DNA of 63,768 bases, the filler included, from Candidatus Delongbacteria bacterium (lineage in GTDB: Bacteria; UBA4055): assembly GCA_016937995.1 (NCBI GenBank). It is 5 parts of 5 records of this genome, joined end to end, with 100 filler letters (N's around TTAATTAATTAA, not from the genome) between each part and the next. Parts side by side here need not be neighbours in the genome. Positions count along the whole stretch, not along the records: positions 16,379 to 31,754 come from JAFGVM010000079.1; positions 31,855 to 57,274 come from JAFGVM010000082.1; 3 more parts are not named here. One strand, 5' to 3'. The position numbers were made by a program, and so were the translations under genes. The notes below the pieces were generated by a model, which made no database searches, was not told the DNA's origin, and saw nothing but the letters and a program-made list of their open reading frames with translations. Positions 28,873-39,376 of the stretch are shown one piece after another (positions within the stretch are counted from its first letter, which is position 1; each line of letters starts with the position of its first letter).

Positions 28873-29895
28873 ATGAGCAAAAACCTAACAGGATTATCAT
28901 TTGAAGAATTGATCGACAATATCAATGATATGGGTGGTAAAAAATATATTGCGAAACAGATTTGGAATTGGATATATAAGAAAAATATTATTGATATTGA
29001 TCTTATGTCAGATATCTCCATTAAATTTCGAGAATTACTCAAAGAAAAGTTTAATATAGGTTTATACAGGCTGAAAGAAAAAAAAATCAGTTCAGACGGT
29101 ACAGAAAAATTTTTACTCGAACTCCAGGACGGAAATTCTATAGAATCAGTACTTATTCCTGAGAAGGATAGACTGACAATCTGTATATCGAGTCAGGTAG
29201 GGTGTAAATTCAACTGTTCATTTTGTTCAACAGGTAAAATGGGATTTATAAGAGATCTTACTACAGCTGAAATAGTTGAAGAAATTTTGTATATTCAAAA
29301 ACTGAAACAAAAAAATATAACAAATGTAGTTTTTATGGGTATGGGAGAGCCTTTTGATAACTTTGACAATGTTATTAAGAGTGCAAAGATCATAAATGAT
29401 GATAATGGATTAGCGATTGGATCCAGAAAAATTACAATATCCACATTTGGCCATATCCCCGGAATAAGAAATTATATTGATCTAGATATTAGATTTAGAT
29501 TGGCAATATCACTTCATAATCCGTTCAATGATCAGAGAAGTGAGATCATGCCAGGTAACAGGCAGTATAATCTTGAGGATCTATTTAAAATTTTGAGAGA
29601 ATATACTAAAGTTTCCAATAGAAAAGTTGTATTTGAATACATTCTCCTTAATGGTGTTAATGACAGTCAGGACCATGCTAAAGAATTAAAAACATTACTT
29701 TCGAAATTACCGTCAAAGTTAAACCTTATAAAGTATCATTCTAATCCTTATACAGAATTTTCACCAACAACTAATATGCAGCAGCAAAAATTCTATAATT
29801 TTTTTCAAAATGTGAATTTTCCTGTTGTGTTCAGAGCAAGTAGAGGTGAAGATATCGATGCTGCATGCGGACAATTATACATTAACAATAACTAA
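28873..29895 (+). CDS. rlmN: Dual-specificity RNA methyltransferase RlmN
   Basis: CISSQVGCKFNCSFC, MGMGEP, ISLH, DIDAACGQL; start moved to ATG 28873. Confidence 0.95.
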   Translation: MSKNLTGLSFEELIDNINDMGGKKYIAKQIWNWIYKKNIIDIDLMSDISIKFRELLKEKFNIGLYRLKEKKISSDGTEKFLLELQDGNSIESVLIPEKDRLTICISSQVGCKFNCSFCSTGKMGFIRDLTTAEIVEEILYIQKLKQKNITNVVFMGMGEPFDNFDNVIKSAKIINDDNGLAIGSRKITISTFGHIPGIRNYIDLDIRFRLAISLHNPFNDQRSEIMPGNRQYNLEDLFKILREYTKVSNRKVVFEYILLNGVNDSQDHAKELKTLLSKLPSKLNLIKYHSNPYTEFSPTTNMQQQKFYNFFQNVNFPVVFRASRGEDIDAACGQLYINNN

Positions 29896-29904
29896 CCTGG
29901 ATAG

Positions 29905-31638
29905 ATGATAAAAAATATTATAACAATATTTTTATTGGTAATACTTTCATCTAAAGTATTTCCTCAGCTACAAAAGGATACTTTGTATGTTGATTACAGC
30001 GATTATTCAACACATAAATTATTTTCCTTGAATTTGAATTATGCTCATAACGACACACTATCACTTTTCAGTTTATCAGGGAACAATAAGTTAAACAGTT
30101 ATACTGATTACTCAAAAAATCAAAATGATATAAACGTTCAATTTCTTGGAAAGAATAAATATTTCAATATAGGTGGAGAATTAAATTCAAACTTCAAAAC
30201 GAATACCTCAGGATTAAAACCTACTTACAGCGAAATTTCTTTAATGCCTAAGATCCAATTTTCTCTTCTTCGTTCCAATATTAATCTGGCGGCGGGATAT
30301 ATTGGGAAAAATGACGAACTAACCTTTTCAAAAGGATTTAAATGGGATATTGATATATATTCTAAAATAGATTTAAGAAAGAACTCATTCACCTTTAGTG
30401 GTTCTAACAACGGGGACAATCTCGATAAAGAAATAAATTATAATTCAAATGTTCTCACACAGTATTTTGAAATTTTAGACGATAATCTTGGAAATTACTC
30501 TCTTGGAGGTGAATATATTGGCTCTCAATACCACTACTACGATTCTCAATATTCCTCAAACAGAGTAATTAAGAAAGAATACTCTTTGAGTGGTAGTTTT
30601 AATTACAATATAATTTCCGGGCTGGATAATTTGATAAGTACCAGATATTTTCAGAGAGATAAAAATATTTATGTTGATGAAAGCCAATACAGTTACAATG
30701 AAAATTTAAATATAAAGTTTATTGATGAACTCTCATTTTACAAAAATACATACCGATCTATTTTCAGAGTTGAATTTGATACAGGAAGCAATAAATTTAC
30801 TCATAATAACTCTGATGAATCATTTTCATTTTACACATTTCAATTAAAATCAAATCACAGTTATATATTTTTTAAAGATTTAGAATCATCATTAGCTATT
30901 AATTATTTCAAACATCAGTATAAATCATTAACTTTATCAAACTCTGAGGACAGGGATATCTTGAAATTTACCGTAGACCCAGTTGTGTCTTACCGATTCG
31001 ACAATATTTTGCATATTACTCAATCATTCCCACTTGAATTCTATCATCTTATAAATATATCTGCTGAGAAAAGCAGTTCAAACTATATTGACAGAGTAAT
31101 TAATTCCGTTACAGGATATAGCCTTTATAAAGATAAACCAATAAATCTATCCGGTAAGTTTGCATTTCAGTCTTACTTCAGATCATATGATTATGACGAA
31201 ACTTTCACTAGGAGTTTTATTATTAAGAACTATGGTTATGAAGATACAATAAATTTCGTTTTAGCCAACAGATCAAAAGCACAACTTTCAACCAATTATA
31301 AATATGAAGAGTTCGGTAATTTTAATTATGATGAATTTAAAGAAAATCCGATAACTTACAAAATTCACTACTACATTGCTTTTGGCTACACACATTATTT
31401 TTCAAATAAATTTAATCTTAAAAGTGAATATTACTTTTATGAGATCGATGATCATGATTTTGACCAGACTGATTTTAACAAGAACATACTGAAGAATGTT
31501 TTCATAATTCATGGACCGATATTTTCTTCAAGTTTCGTGTATAATAAATTTTCCATCACCTCAAATTTGAAGATCGATTTTTACCAAGATAATGAAACAA
31601 AGTATAACTTTATACTCCGGTCAGGATACAGTTTTTAA
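29905..31638 (+). CDS. Hypothetical outer-membrane beta-barrel protein
   Basis: Signal peptide, Tyr/Phe/Ser/Asn-rich strands, terminal GYSF. Confidence 0.7.
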   Translation: MIKNIITIFLLVILSSKVFPQLQKDTLYVDYSDYSTHKLFSLNLNYAHNDTLSLFSLSGNNKLNSYTDYSKNQNDINVQFLGKNKYFNIGGELNSNFKTNTSGLKPTYSEISLMPKIQFSLLRSNINLAAGYIGKNDELTFSKGFKWDIDIYSKIDLRKNSFTFSGSNNGDNLDKEINYNSNVLTQYFEILDDNLGNYSLGGEYIGSQYHYYDSQYSSNRVIKKEYSLSGSFNYNIISGLDNLISTRYFQRDKNIYVDESQYSYNENLNIKFIDELSFYKNTYRSIFRVEFDTGSNKFTHNNSDESFSFYTFQLKSNHSYIFFKDLESSLAINYFKHQYKSLTLSNSEDRDILKFTVDPVVSYRFDNILHITQSFPLEFYHLINISAEKSSSNYIDRVINSVTGYSLYKDKPINLSGKFAFQSYFRSYDYDETFTRSFIIKNYGYEDTINFVLANRSKAQLSTNYKYEEFGNFNYDEFKENPITYKIHYYIAFGYTHYFSNKFNLKSEYYFYEIDDHDFDQTDFNKNILKNVFIIHGPIFSSSFVYNKFSITSNLKIDFYQDNETKYNFILRSGYSF

Positions 31639-31754
31639 AGATCCCTTTACAGAAGTATCAAATTCATAAGGATATTTAAAATTTTATTGAGACATATGGT
31701 ATAAATTAGATGGTAGCAACTTTAACTTCATAATTTTTACTTAGTTATTTCAAG

Positions 31755-31854
31755 NNNNNNNNNNNNNNNNNNNNNNNNNNNNNNNNNNNNNNNNNNNNTT
31801 AATTAATTAANNNNNNNNNNNNNNNNNNNNNNNNNNNNNNNNNNNNNNNNNNNN
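31755..31854. other. Artificial contig linker
   Basis: N44-TTAATTAATTAA-N44. Confidence 0.99.
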
Positions 31855-32033
31855 AATATTCACTATTTTATGTTCTTTAGCATAATATCTAACTTCTCTA
31901 AATAAATTTAATATGATGAAAAAACAAGAAAAACATATCCCCTTTTCGGGATACTTAAAATGGTACAAATTGTTAACGTTTTTGCGGGATTTAGTATTTA
32001 TTGGAATTTTGATAAAATTTCAATTCGCATAAT

Positions 32034-32065
32034 AAAAAAGGCAGTTAATGAACTGCCTTTTTTTT
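32034..32065 (-). terminator. Intrinsic (bidirectional-looking) terminator
   Basis: AAAAAAGGCAGTT-AATG-AACTGCCTTTTTT. Confidence 0.85.
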
Positions 32066-32067
32066 CC

Positions 32068-32119
32068 GGGCGTAACAAATTACGCCCCTACCTCTGACTT
32101 CTAACCTCTGACTTCTGAC
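32068..32119 (-). repeat. GTAG-type REP hairpin followed by four heptamer repeats
   Basis: GGGCGTAA-CAAA-TTACGCCC-CTAC, then CTCTGAC TTCTAAC CTCTGAC TTCTGAC. Confidence 0.75.
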
Positions 32120-32121
32120 TT

Positions 32122-33390
32122 TTAAAAATACCCTATCACACTGAACATCACTGAACTATACATCCCACCATATTCAGTTCTTTCACGACTACCCATAAAA
32201 ATATTAGAATTAAGCTTAATCTGTATATTCTCATGAAAATCATAGGATAGCTCCGGTATAAGTACACTTGAAATATCATCTAAGTTCGTAATGTTGAACA
32301 ATGAAGCAGTATATTTATCCCGGAAAGAATATGAAATCACCGTAGCAAGATAGTTCTGAGCAAACCCTGACATAGCACCTGCTGTAGATAAACCTATCGA
32401 ACTTATATCATAATCTTTATAATCGTTATCTCCAAGAGCATTGTAATAATACTCCGCCATGCAATATACACCGTTATCAAAAGTGTAATCAAAACCTGAA
32501 GCCGTCTGTATGTATATAGAATCTGTATCTGAATATTCCATGCCGTCATATCTGGGATTTATAACTGCTACTTCACCCCACCAGCCTATTTCACTGATGA
32601 TCTCTCCTGCAAAATCAGCTCCAAGTAATATTTTCTCAGGAAAGCCCATTATTTCACCATCATCAGTTTTATCTCTGATAGCCAAAACTGAATAATCGAA
32701 TCTACCGGTATTCGATTTAACTCTGAATCCATATCTCCAGTGATCAAAATTACTCCCGGGGGATGCAATTAGATTCAGAGAAGAGTTTTCCCCGAAATAT
32801 GTTTCAAGATTTAGTGCAAGAACACCGATCTTTCCTGCTGTGGCGTTCATTGGATCCTTGATATTCCATATATCTGTAGGATTATACGCATATCCTGTCC
32901 CCCATGCTATCTGCTGTTTACCTATGATAAAGTCTGAATTCCCGAAATATAGTTTCACAAGTGCTCTATCTATTATCATAGTTTCCTTAGGATAATATGA
33001 ACTATAAGGCAGGTAAGTAGATGTATTGTCTTCAAACAATTGTACAAGATAATCGTATATAACTCTTTCCGTCGAACTTAAACTATTTGGATCTATATCA
33101 AAATACAGATTTTCTCCCATTATCTTTGAATAGATACTGTTTTCTTTGAATGAGGAAAATGGATCTACCGGCTGAAGATCGTAATTATATAATAGATGTG
33201 CTTCCATTTTACCTTTATCTCCGATATCGTAGCTGGTTTCTAATCTGAAAAGTGTGTTCGAACTTGTTATTTCATCATCAGCGATCATGCAGGATAATTT
33301 CGTCTCCAGATAACCACCAAATTTCAAGCTATTTTCCTGAGCTACAGCTAACATTGTAAATGTTATTATTATTATTAATATTTTTTTCAT
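32122..33390 (-). CDS. Outer-membrane beta-barrel partner of the MMPL/LolA-like pair
   Basis: Signal peptide, IGKQQIAWG..Y..NPTD motif, terminal GYF. Confidence 0.8.
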   Translation of the reverse strand: MKKILIIIITFTMLAVAQENSLKFGGYLETKLSCMIADDEITSSNTLFRLETSYDIGDKGKMEAHLLYNYDLQPVDPFSSFKENSIYSKIMGENLYFDIDPNSLSSTERVIYDYLVQLFEDNTSTYLPYSSYYPKETMIIDRALVKLYFGNSDFIIGKQQIAWGTGYAYNPTDIWNIKDPMNATAGKIGVLALNLETYFGENSSLNLIASPGSNFDHWRYGFRVKSNTGRFDYSVLAIRDKTDDGEIMGFPEKILLGADFAGEIISEIGWWGEVAVINPRYDGMEYSDTDSIYIQTASGFDYTFDNGVYCMAEYYYNALGDNDYKDYDISSIGLSTAGAMSGFAQNYLATVISYSFRDKYTASLFNITNLDDISSVLIPELSYDFHENIQIKLNSNIFMGSRERTEYGGMYSSVMFSVIGYF

Positions 33391-33413
33391 GATCAATCCT
33401 TTAATTGTTTCGG

Positions 33414-33476
33414 AAGGGACGCAGATCTGCGTCCCTTACTTTTCCCATAGGGTCGAATAGATGCGTTCGACCCTAC
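33414..33476 (-). repeat. Two REP-like hairpins
   Basis: Perfect 24-bp palindrome AAGGGACGCAGATCTGCGTCCCTT+AC, and TAGGGTCGAA-N8-TTCGACCCTA+C. Confidence 0.75.
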
Positions 33477-33478
33477 AG

Positions 33479-34213
33479 TTACCTTTTTAATTTTCGTTCT
33501 GTGAACATATCCTCATCAAGTTCTATATCATATTCTATCTTGATCGTTTTAAATATCGTTTTGGAATCTTTCAGCAGATTTTTCATTTCAACTTCACCTG
33601 CCGACCAATATTTGCCTTCTTTTTTAATGTCTCTGATAGACAACCTTTTCCAAAGTACTCCGTCTTCGTCATAAAATTCTCCTGCTACAGCGAGAAAATT
33701 GTTCTTGTCGATCCATATATAAAATTTACTATACGTATTATCATTATCTTTTGCTTTGAATTCAAGCTTATAGCAGTCTTTATCATCAACTTTTTCTTCA
33801 CCAAGAAGTTTGTAGTCATAGTCCTTTCTATTATCACTCATAGACATATCTTCATAGGAAAAATCTGAACCGTTAGCAGATTGTTTCTTCTGATGTGATG
33901 CTATCTTTCTAACTCTGTTGGTCCTGTTTGAATAGAACCAGATATCATCACCATCATTCAGCATTAATACTTTCATCCCCTGGATACGTTTCGGTTTGAC
34001 ATATTCCATTAATGATTTTTCGTTGCCGTTCATAGAATAAGCTATCATTTCAGATTCTGTTTTACTTCCGTCAGATTTATATGATATTTCAAGATTAATT
34101 GACTTTGAAGTTTTAAAGTTGTCATTAGCTTCACTTTTATCCAGTATCTCATCTGCTGTGAGAGCGAATATCATATTTACTGTAAATATCAAAGTTAAAA
34201 TAATGTGCTTCAT
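33479..34213 (-). CDS. LolA-like outer-membrane lipoprotein-sorting family protein
   Basis: Signal peptide, LTADEIL, DDIWFY...RVRKI, GSDFSYED, FTERKL. Confidence 0.88.
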   Translation of the reverse strand: MKHIILTLIFTVNMIFALTADEILDKSEANDNFKTSKSINLEISYKSDGSKTESEMIAYSMNGNEKSLMEYVKPKRIQGMKVLMLNDGDDIWFYSNRTNRVRKIASHQKKQSANGSDFSYEDMSMSDNRKDYDYKLLGEEKVDDKDCYKLEFKAKDNDNTYSKFYIWIDKNNFLAVAGEFYDEDGVLWKRLSIRDIKKEGKYWSAGEVEMKNLLKDSKTIFKTIKIEYDIELDEDMFTERKLKR

Positions 34214-34251
34214 AATTTGTCCTTATATTTATTTCGTTTTGTTTGTGTATT

Positions 34252-34277
34252 GGGGACGACTGATAGACGTACCCTAC
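34252..34277 (-). repeat. Degenerate GTAG-type REP hairpin
   Basis: GGGGACG-N10-CGTACCC-TAC, same family as 43932 and 53016. Confidence 0.65.
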
Positions 34278-34287
34278 AAACTGATCA

Positions 34288-37203
34288 CTAATCACTTGCC
34301 ACTGATTTATCTTTATACTTGATCTTATCCTTCAACGAGATCATTGCGGTTAATAAGAATGCTGAACTGATAAAACATGAACCAACACCCAGCACAAGTA
34401 CAATTCCCATACTTGCTAATCCTCTATGAGTTGCCATACCAATAGATCCAAAACCTATCATGGTCGTCAACGATGTCAATAGAATAGCCTTTCCGGTATG
34501 CTTAGTAACTTTATCCATTGAATTTCTACCTTCTATCATATACCGATGGAGAATATGCACCCCATCGTCTATACCTATTCCGATAATGATGGGAAGTGCC
34601 ATGAAATTATTTAAATTGAGTTTCATCTTGAACAGATACATCAATCCCATCATCCAGACCGCTCCTACCAAAAGTGGTATAAGTGCCATTATTGTATACC
34701 TTACAGATCTAAAATCCAGCAGTAATAATACAATAATAACAATTGAACCCAGTATGACAGACAGTGTGCCCTTTTCCTTTATCAGGTCTATAAATACCAG
34801 CATTATTATAGGTAATCCTGTTATACCTTTGTCGATCTTTTGTGTTTGTTCATGGAATCTTCTAAGATTCTTCTCCTGCCATATATTTGAATTAGGATAG
34901 ATCGATATCAGCAAGTTATTGTTGGACGTACTTACGAACCTGTCCTTAATACTGCTAGGAAGATTATCGAATCCTATAATGGTAGTATCTGAAATATTAT
35001 AAAGATAACGTCTCAATTCAGGAATATATGCCTTCTGAAAGTCTATTATTTTTTTATTAGCTTCTGCTGTCGAAGCTATCTTGTTCTTGATCGCCAATAT
35101 TTTACTGTTATCCTCTCCTGACCTTCCTGCGATCTCATCACATTTTACAATTATTTTATTTTTCTCTCCAGAACTTAAAACAGAAAGCTCTCCGATCTCT
35201 ACAATATTGAAATGTAACCTTTGAAGTTCATCCTTTATTTCAGCAATAACACCTTCATCCAATTCTTCAGGTGCTGCCTGTTTAAGAATATTATCTCTGT
35301 AATCATTCAAAATTCCCTGATTATCCCTCTGCTGTTCCTCATCTACAAAATATTCGGTTATAGCATCTATTCTGCCTATAATCTCTGTTTTGTCCGCAAC
35401 TTTTTTTAATTCTTTCACTTTTTCTCTGCATGAATCCAGGTCATTAACAGAGAACATTGCGAAATCCGGAGATATTTCGAGTTTTTCTATAATTTTATCC
35501 TGAGCTACTATAGCAGGCATTCCGTGCGGTTCAAGTTTCGTCATATCATATTCATATTCAAGCTGCATTGCCCCGTATAAAGAAAGTGAAAAAGTTATAG
35601 CGCTGAATATCAGGACTATCCAAATATATGAGTTGTGTTTTGAAAGTTTTCCTATCCTTTCCATAAAATGGAACTGCATAAATTCACCCAGTCCGTTCAT
35701 CAACTTATTATCAAAAATAATATTACTGTTTTTTGTAACAAAATCATTTAACCTTGGAATAAATCCAAGACCCGTAAATTTCATAATTTTTCTTAATATT
35801 GGATGCTCTCTACTATCCCAGATAAACAATGAAGGTAATAAAATGAACATTGCCATTAAAGCAATAAGTATACCTGATCCCATTGCATAGCCCATTTCAG
35901 TAAAAGCCCTGAAACCGGTTATGAACAATGAAAGAAATACAAATGATGTTGTCAGAGCACCGGTCAATACACCATTCCCAACTGTCAGGAACATCGTTGA
36001 TATAGCCTTATCGGGTGTATCTCCCTCTTCAAGTGCATCTTTATATCCTGAAAGAATATGAATGGCAAAATCAATTCCAAGACCGACCAGTATCACTCCA
36101 AAAGCAGCTGACATAGTGTTAAGATATTTTAATGTAATCCCAAGCAGTCCAGATGTCCATATTATTGATATCACAAGAGTAAAAATAGAATTAAAAGGGT
36201 TCCTCCAGGACTTAAATGAGCCGATTATGATGACCATTACTATCAATAGGGCTATTAAAGTTGACCAGCCGAAATCACTTATAATTGCAGATTGTTCCTG
36301 ATAACCGATTATTGGAGTTCCCGCTAATCCTATCTCAAGATCAGGAAATTTATCCTGGATCTCTTTCATTCTACCTGTTATAATTTCACTCATAATCAGC
36401 AAATTATCAAAATCATCAGTACTGATAGAAGGTAAAATTCCAACTAAAAGCATTGTCCGATCCGAAGAGAAAATATAATCATCTCCGATCAAGAATTTCC
36501 TGACACTGTTCTTCACCTTCGCAGAGTCATTATCGTCAAGATAAACACTAAGAGAATTTACAAAATTATAAATATTATTCAATCCTGACACAGCCTGTGC
36601 TTCACCGTCAAGTGAGTTTAAATTCTCGGAATCATCCACAAATTCCTGTTCAAAATTATCATTTATATTCCTGAGAAGATCTCTGAATTCTAATGCAGAA
36701 TACATTTCAGTGAAATTTTTCAAGTCCTTCTTTTTTTGAATTACTGCACCATGTTTCTCAAAAAAATCAGTATCAAGCTTTGCATCAATTCTTTTTACAT
36801 AGTTTATTGTATCATACTTTACACCTTCTACAGGAAATACATTATTTGATATCTGCCATTTCTGCATGAACGATAGATCCTGATCAGCCACTGGTAAAAC
36901 ATGTTCAATTACCGCCAGGTCCTCTGATATCGTATTTGCACACATGATCATTCGTTCAGTGTCTTTCTTTTCACTGTTTATTGAGATCATTATTACAGCA
37001 TCTGATGTAAAATCTTCAATAATATTATTGAATGAATCTACTACAGGTACATTTTCGGGCATCATATCAGCGATCCTGTTCTTAATGCCTATCCCAGCAG
37101 TAAAATATATCATCACTAAAGTTATTATGAATACGGTAAAGAGAACTTTATTGTTGTGTTTTGTAATGATCTTGGCCAGGATTCTATAAAATTTTTCTCT
37201 CAT
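34288..37203 (-). CDS. MMPL/RND family transporter
   Basis: Two repeats of 1 TM + periplasmic domain + 5 TM; GLGIDFAIH and GIGIDDGVH; LTT..GF. Confidence 0.92.
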   Translation of the reverse strand: MREKFYRILAKIITKHNNKVLFTVFIITLVMIYFTAGIGIKNRIADMMPENVPVVDSFNNIIEDFTSDAVIMISINSEKKDTERMIMCANTISEDLAVIEHVLPVADQDLSFMQKWQISNNVFPVEGVKYDTINYVKRIDAKLDTDFFEKHGAVIQKKKDLKNFTEMYSALEFRDLLRNINDNFEQEFVDDSENLNSLDGEAQAVSGLNNIYNFVNSLSVYLDDNDSAKVKNSVRKFLIGDDYIFSSDRTMLLVGILPSISTDDFDNLLIMSEIITGRMKEIQDKFPDLEIGLAGTPIIGYQEQSAIISDFGWSTLIALLIVMVIIIGSFKSWRNPFNSIFTLVISIIWTSGLLGITLKYLNTMSAAFGVILVGLGIDFAIHILSGYKDALEEGDTPDKAISTMFLTVGNGVLTGALTTSFVFLSLFITGFRAFTEMGYAMGSGILIALMAMFILLPSLFIWDSREHPILRKIMKFTGLGFIPRLNDFVTKNSNIIFDNKLMNGLGEFMQFHFMERIGKLSKHNSYIWIVLIFSAITFSLSLYGAMQLEYEYDMTKLEPHGMPAIVAQDKIIEKLEISPDFAMFSVNDLDSCREKVKELKKVADKTEIIGRIDAITEYFVDEEQQRDNQGILNDYRDNILKQAAPEELDEGVIAEIKDELQRLHFNIVEIGELSVLSSGEKNKIIVKCDEIAGRSGEDNSKILAIKNKIASTAEANKKIIDFQKAYIPELRRYLYNISDTTIIGFDNLPSSIKDRFVSTSNNNLLISIYPNSNIWQEKNLRRFHEQTQKIDKGITGLPIIMLVFIDLIKEKGTLSVILGSIVIIVLLLLDFRSVRYTIMALIPLLVGAVWMMGLMYLFKMKLNLNNFMALPIIIGIGIDDGVHILHRYMIEGRNSMDKVTKHTGKAILLTSLTTMIGFGSIGMATHRGLASMGIVLVLGVGSCFISSAFLLTAMISLKDKIKYKDKSVASD

Positions 37204-37218
37204 GATTATTTTGCTCCT

Positions 37219-37932
37219 TTATAGTAAAAAATCAATGATCTCATCCCATGATGAAACTACTTTATCTGCAGTAGTAATATCTTTGTCAGCATCTCTGAAA
37301 CCGGTAAAAAGTATTGCCTTCATTCCAACTGATCTAGCACCTTTTATATCTTTCTCTTCCCTGTCTCCGATATGAAGCATTTCAGAAAATTCTGTTCCTG
37401 ATTTCATTGCAGCAAGTTCAAATGCTCTCGGATCAGGTTTGGAATATCCTGTTTCATCAGAGAATACTTCGTAAATGAATAAATTATCCAATCCTGCGTT
37501 ATTAATTGCTTTCCTCAAAGCTTTTCCCGGTTCAAAGCCCGTGTCTGAGATCAGGATCAGTTTATATTTTTTTGAAAGTTCTTTGATCGAATTAATTATC
37601 ATTGGATCTATAGTAAAATATTTTTCAGGTACAAGATTTTCATTGTACTCTACAAGGATATTAAAATACTGATCGCTAAACTCAATTCCTGCATTCATCT
37701 CAAGATTCTTAAACATTTCAGAAGTAGAAGGTGTCCTGTGTTCATTTATCCAGATCTCTTCGAAATGCACATATATGTTACGCATGAGTTTGACCGTCCT
37801 TTCAAGATCTATACCATACTCTTTAAATATACCGTATGCATGGCCAACTCTTTCCATAAATATTTCTTCTGAGAATGGATAAGATGTGATCGTATCCCAG
37901 AAATCAAGTGTTATGGTTTTAATGTTATTCAT
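37219..37932 (-). CDS. HAD family hydrolase (subfamily IA-like)
   Basis: LDFWDT, ISDT, KPDP, HIGDREEKDI.GA. Confidence 0.9.
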   Translation of the reverse strand: MNNIKTITLDFWDTITSYPFSEEIFMERVGHAYGIFKEYGIDLERTVKLMRNIYVHFEEIWINEHRTPSTSEMFKNLEMNAGIEFSDQYFNILVEYNENLVPEKYFTIDPMIINSIKELSKKYKLILISDTGFEPGKALRKAINNAGLDNLFIYEVFSDETGYSKPDPRAFELAAMKSGTEFSEMLHIGDREEKDIKGARSVGMKAILFTGFRDADKDITTADKVVSSWDEIIDFLL

Positions 37933-37939
37933 AAAAAGT

Positions 37940-37968
37940 AATATAGCTTAAACTAACTCTTTCATCAA
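37940..37968 (-). promoter_or_regulatory. sigma70-type promoter positioned for a leaderless transcript
   Basis: TTGATG-N17-TATATT-N7-ATG, no SD. Confidence 0.55.
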
Positions 37969-38087
37969 TGGATTTAATTAATAATTGTTTCCTGTTATAA
38001 TGATGAACTGTCAATTATATTTTAATCTTTTCCTTGCAGAGACATATAAAATAAAGTACATTTCTACAACTTATCTTCAGGCATAGA

Positions 38088-38867
38088 ATGAAAGAACAAA
38101 TTTTTTATATCGGGATCGATCTTCACGGAACACTTATAAATAATGAAGAGAAGATCGCCGAAGGTTCGCTTCAATATCTGGAGACTCTTCTAAAAAACAA
38201 ACCAGACAATTTCAGGATATATATTTGTACAGGCAATGACCTTCTTTTTGTCCAAAGGAAACTCAAGGATGTATTTGAGCTTTTCGATGGTGCGATCCTG
38301 GAAACAGGATGCGTTATCTCCAACGATAAAAAAAGCGAGAACATTATTGTTCCCAAAGAACTTCTTATCAAGATCAAAGAAGTTGAGGATATATTACTTG
38401 ATGAAGACCATCCGGAAGTTTATAAATTTGCCAGAAGACTTGCAACTATAAGTTTATTCACAAAATATGGAATTTCAATACCTGAATTTCATACTAAAAT
38501 GCAAAATGAGTTAAAAAATCTTGATTTTTGCAGGGTAACAAGGTCCAGTGTAGCGGTAGATATCCTTCCTAACGGTTTTGACAAATATTCAGGTTTGAAA
38601 TATGTCGCCGGTGAATACGGTATCATTGTTGCGATTGCTGATTCATTGAACGACATTGAAATGCTTAAACAGGCGGATATAACATATATGCCAGGAAACG
38701 CGGATGATCAAACAGTTGAACTACTGGCAAAAACAAGATCAAAAAAAGATCTTTCGTACAGTATTGAAAAAGACAGTTTTTATATAGCAGGAAAAAAAGA
38801 AACGTTCGGGGTAATTGAAATACTTGAGCATTTATACAGAAATTTTGAAAATTTCAACAGGAAGTAA
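38088..38867 (+). CDS. HAD family hydrolase, Cof/IIB-like, with DxH motif I
   Basis: GIDLHGTL, CTGN, ETG, VDILP..FDK, ADSLND..ML. Confidence 0.85.
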   Translation: MKEQIFYIGIDLHGTLINNEEKIAEGSLQYLETLLKNKPDNFRIYICTGNDLLFVQRKLKDVFELFDGAILETGCVISNDKKSENIIVPKELLIKIKEVEDILLDEDHPEVYKFARRLATISLFTKYGISIPEFHTKMQNELKNLDFCRVTRSSVAVDILPNGFDKYSGLKYVAGEYGIIVAIADSLNDIEMLKQADITYMPGNADDQTVELLAKTRSKKDLSYSIEKDSFYIAGKKETFGVIEILEHLYRNFENFNRK

Positions 38868-38900
38868 CTTATTTAAAATAGATTGCCGGAGGAATATTAA

Positions 38901-39347
38901 ATGATATTGTCTGAATTGATCAAACCTGAAAATGTTATATTTGTAGATCAGGACAAAGTGAATTCCGCTTTGGAAGATATGGTAAATAAAGCATTTGAAC
39001 TTAAACTTATAAAAGATCATAATAAATTTTTAAAAGCAGTACTGGAAAGAGAAAATATTGTCAGTACAGGTATAGGTCTTGGTATAGCTGTTCCCCATTC
39101 AAAAATGGATAATATTGATGAGTTCTTTATAGTTGTGGGTATCCTAAAAAATGAGATCGAATGGAACTCAATTGATTCAAAGCCTGTCAAAGCAGTGTTT
39201 TTGATAGGTGGACCAACGAACGCACAGAAAAAATACCTTGGAATATTGGCAAAACTAATGCTGTTGATAAGAAACTCAGCCATCAGGAATAAATTATTTA
39301 CAGCTAAGGAAAAAACTGACATCACTGAGATATTTAAAGCTTTCTAA
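38901..39347 (+). CDS. PTS EIIA, fructose/mannitol/Ntr type
   Basis: RE...STGIGLGIAVPH phospho-His motif, W.SID.KPV. Confidence 0.92.
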   Translation: MILSELIKPENVIFVDQDKVNSALEDMVNKAFELKLIKDHNKFLKAVLERENIVSTGIGLGIAVPHSKMDNIDEFFIVVGILKNEIEWNSIDSKPVKAVFLIGGPTNAQKKYLGILAKLMLLIRNSAIRNKLFTAKEKTDITEIFKAF

Positions 39348-39376
39348 TATTTTTCACTCTATAAGGATTCTTTGCT

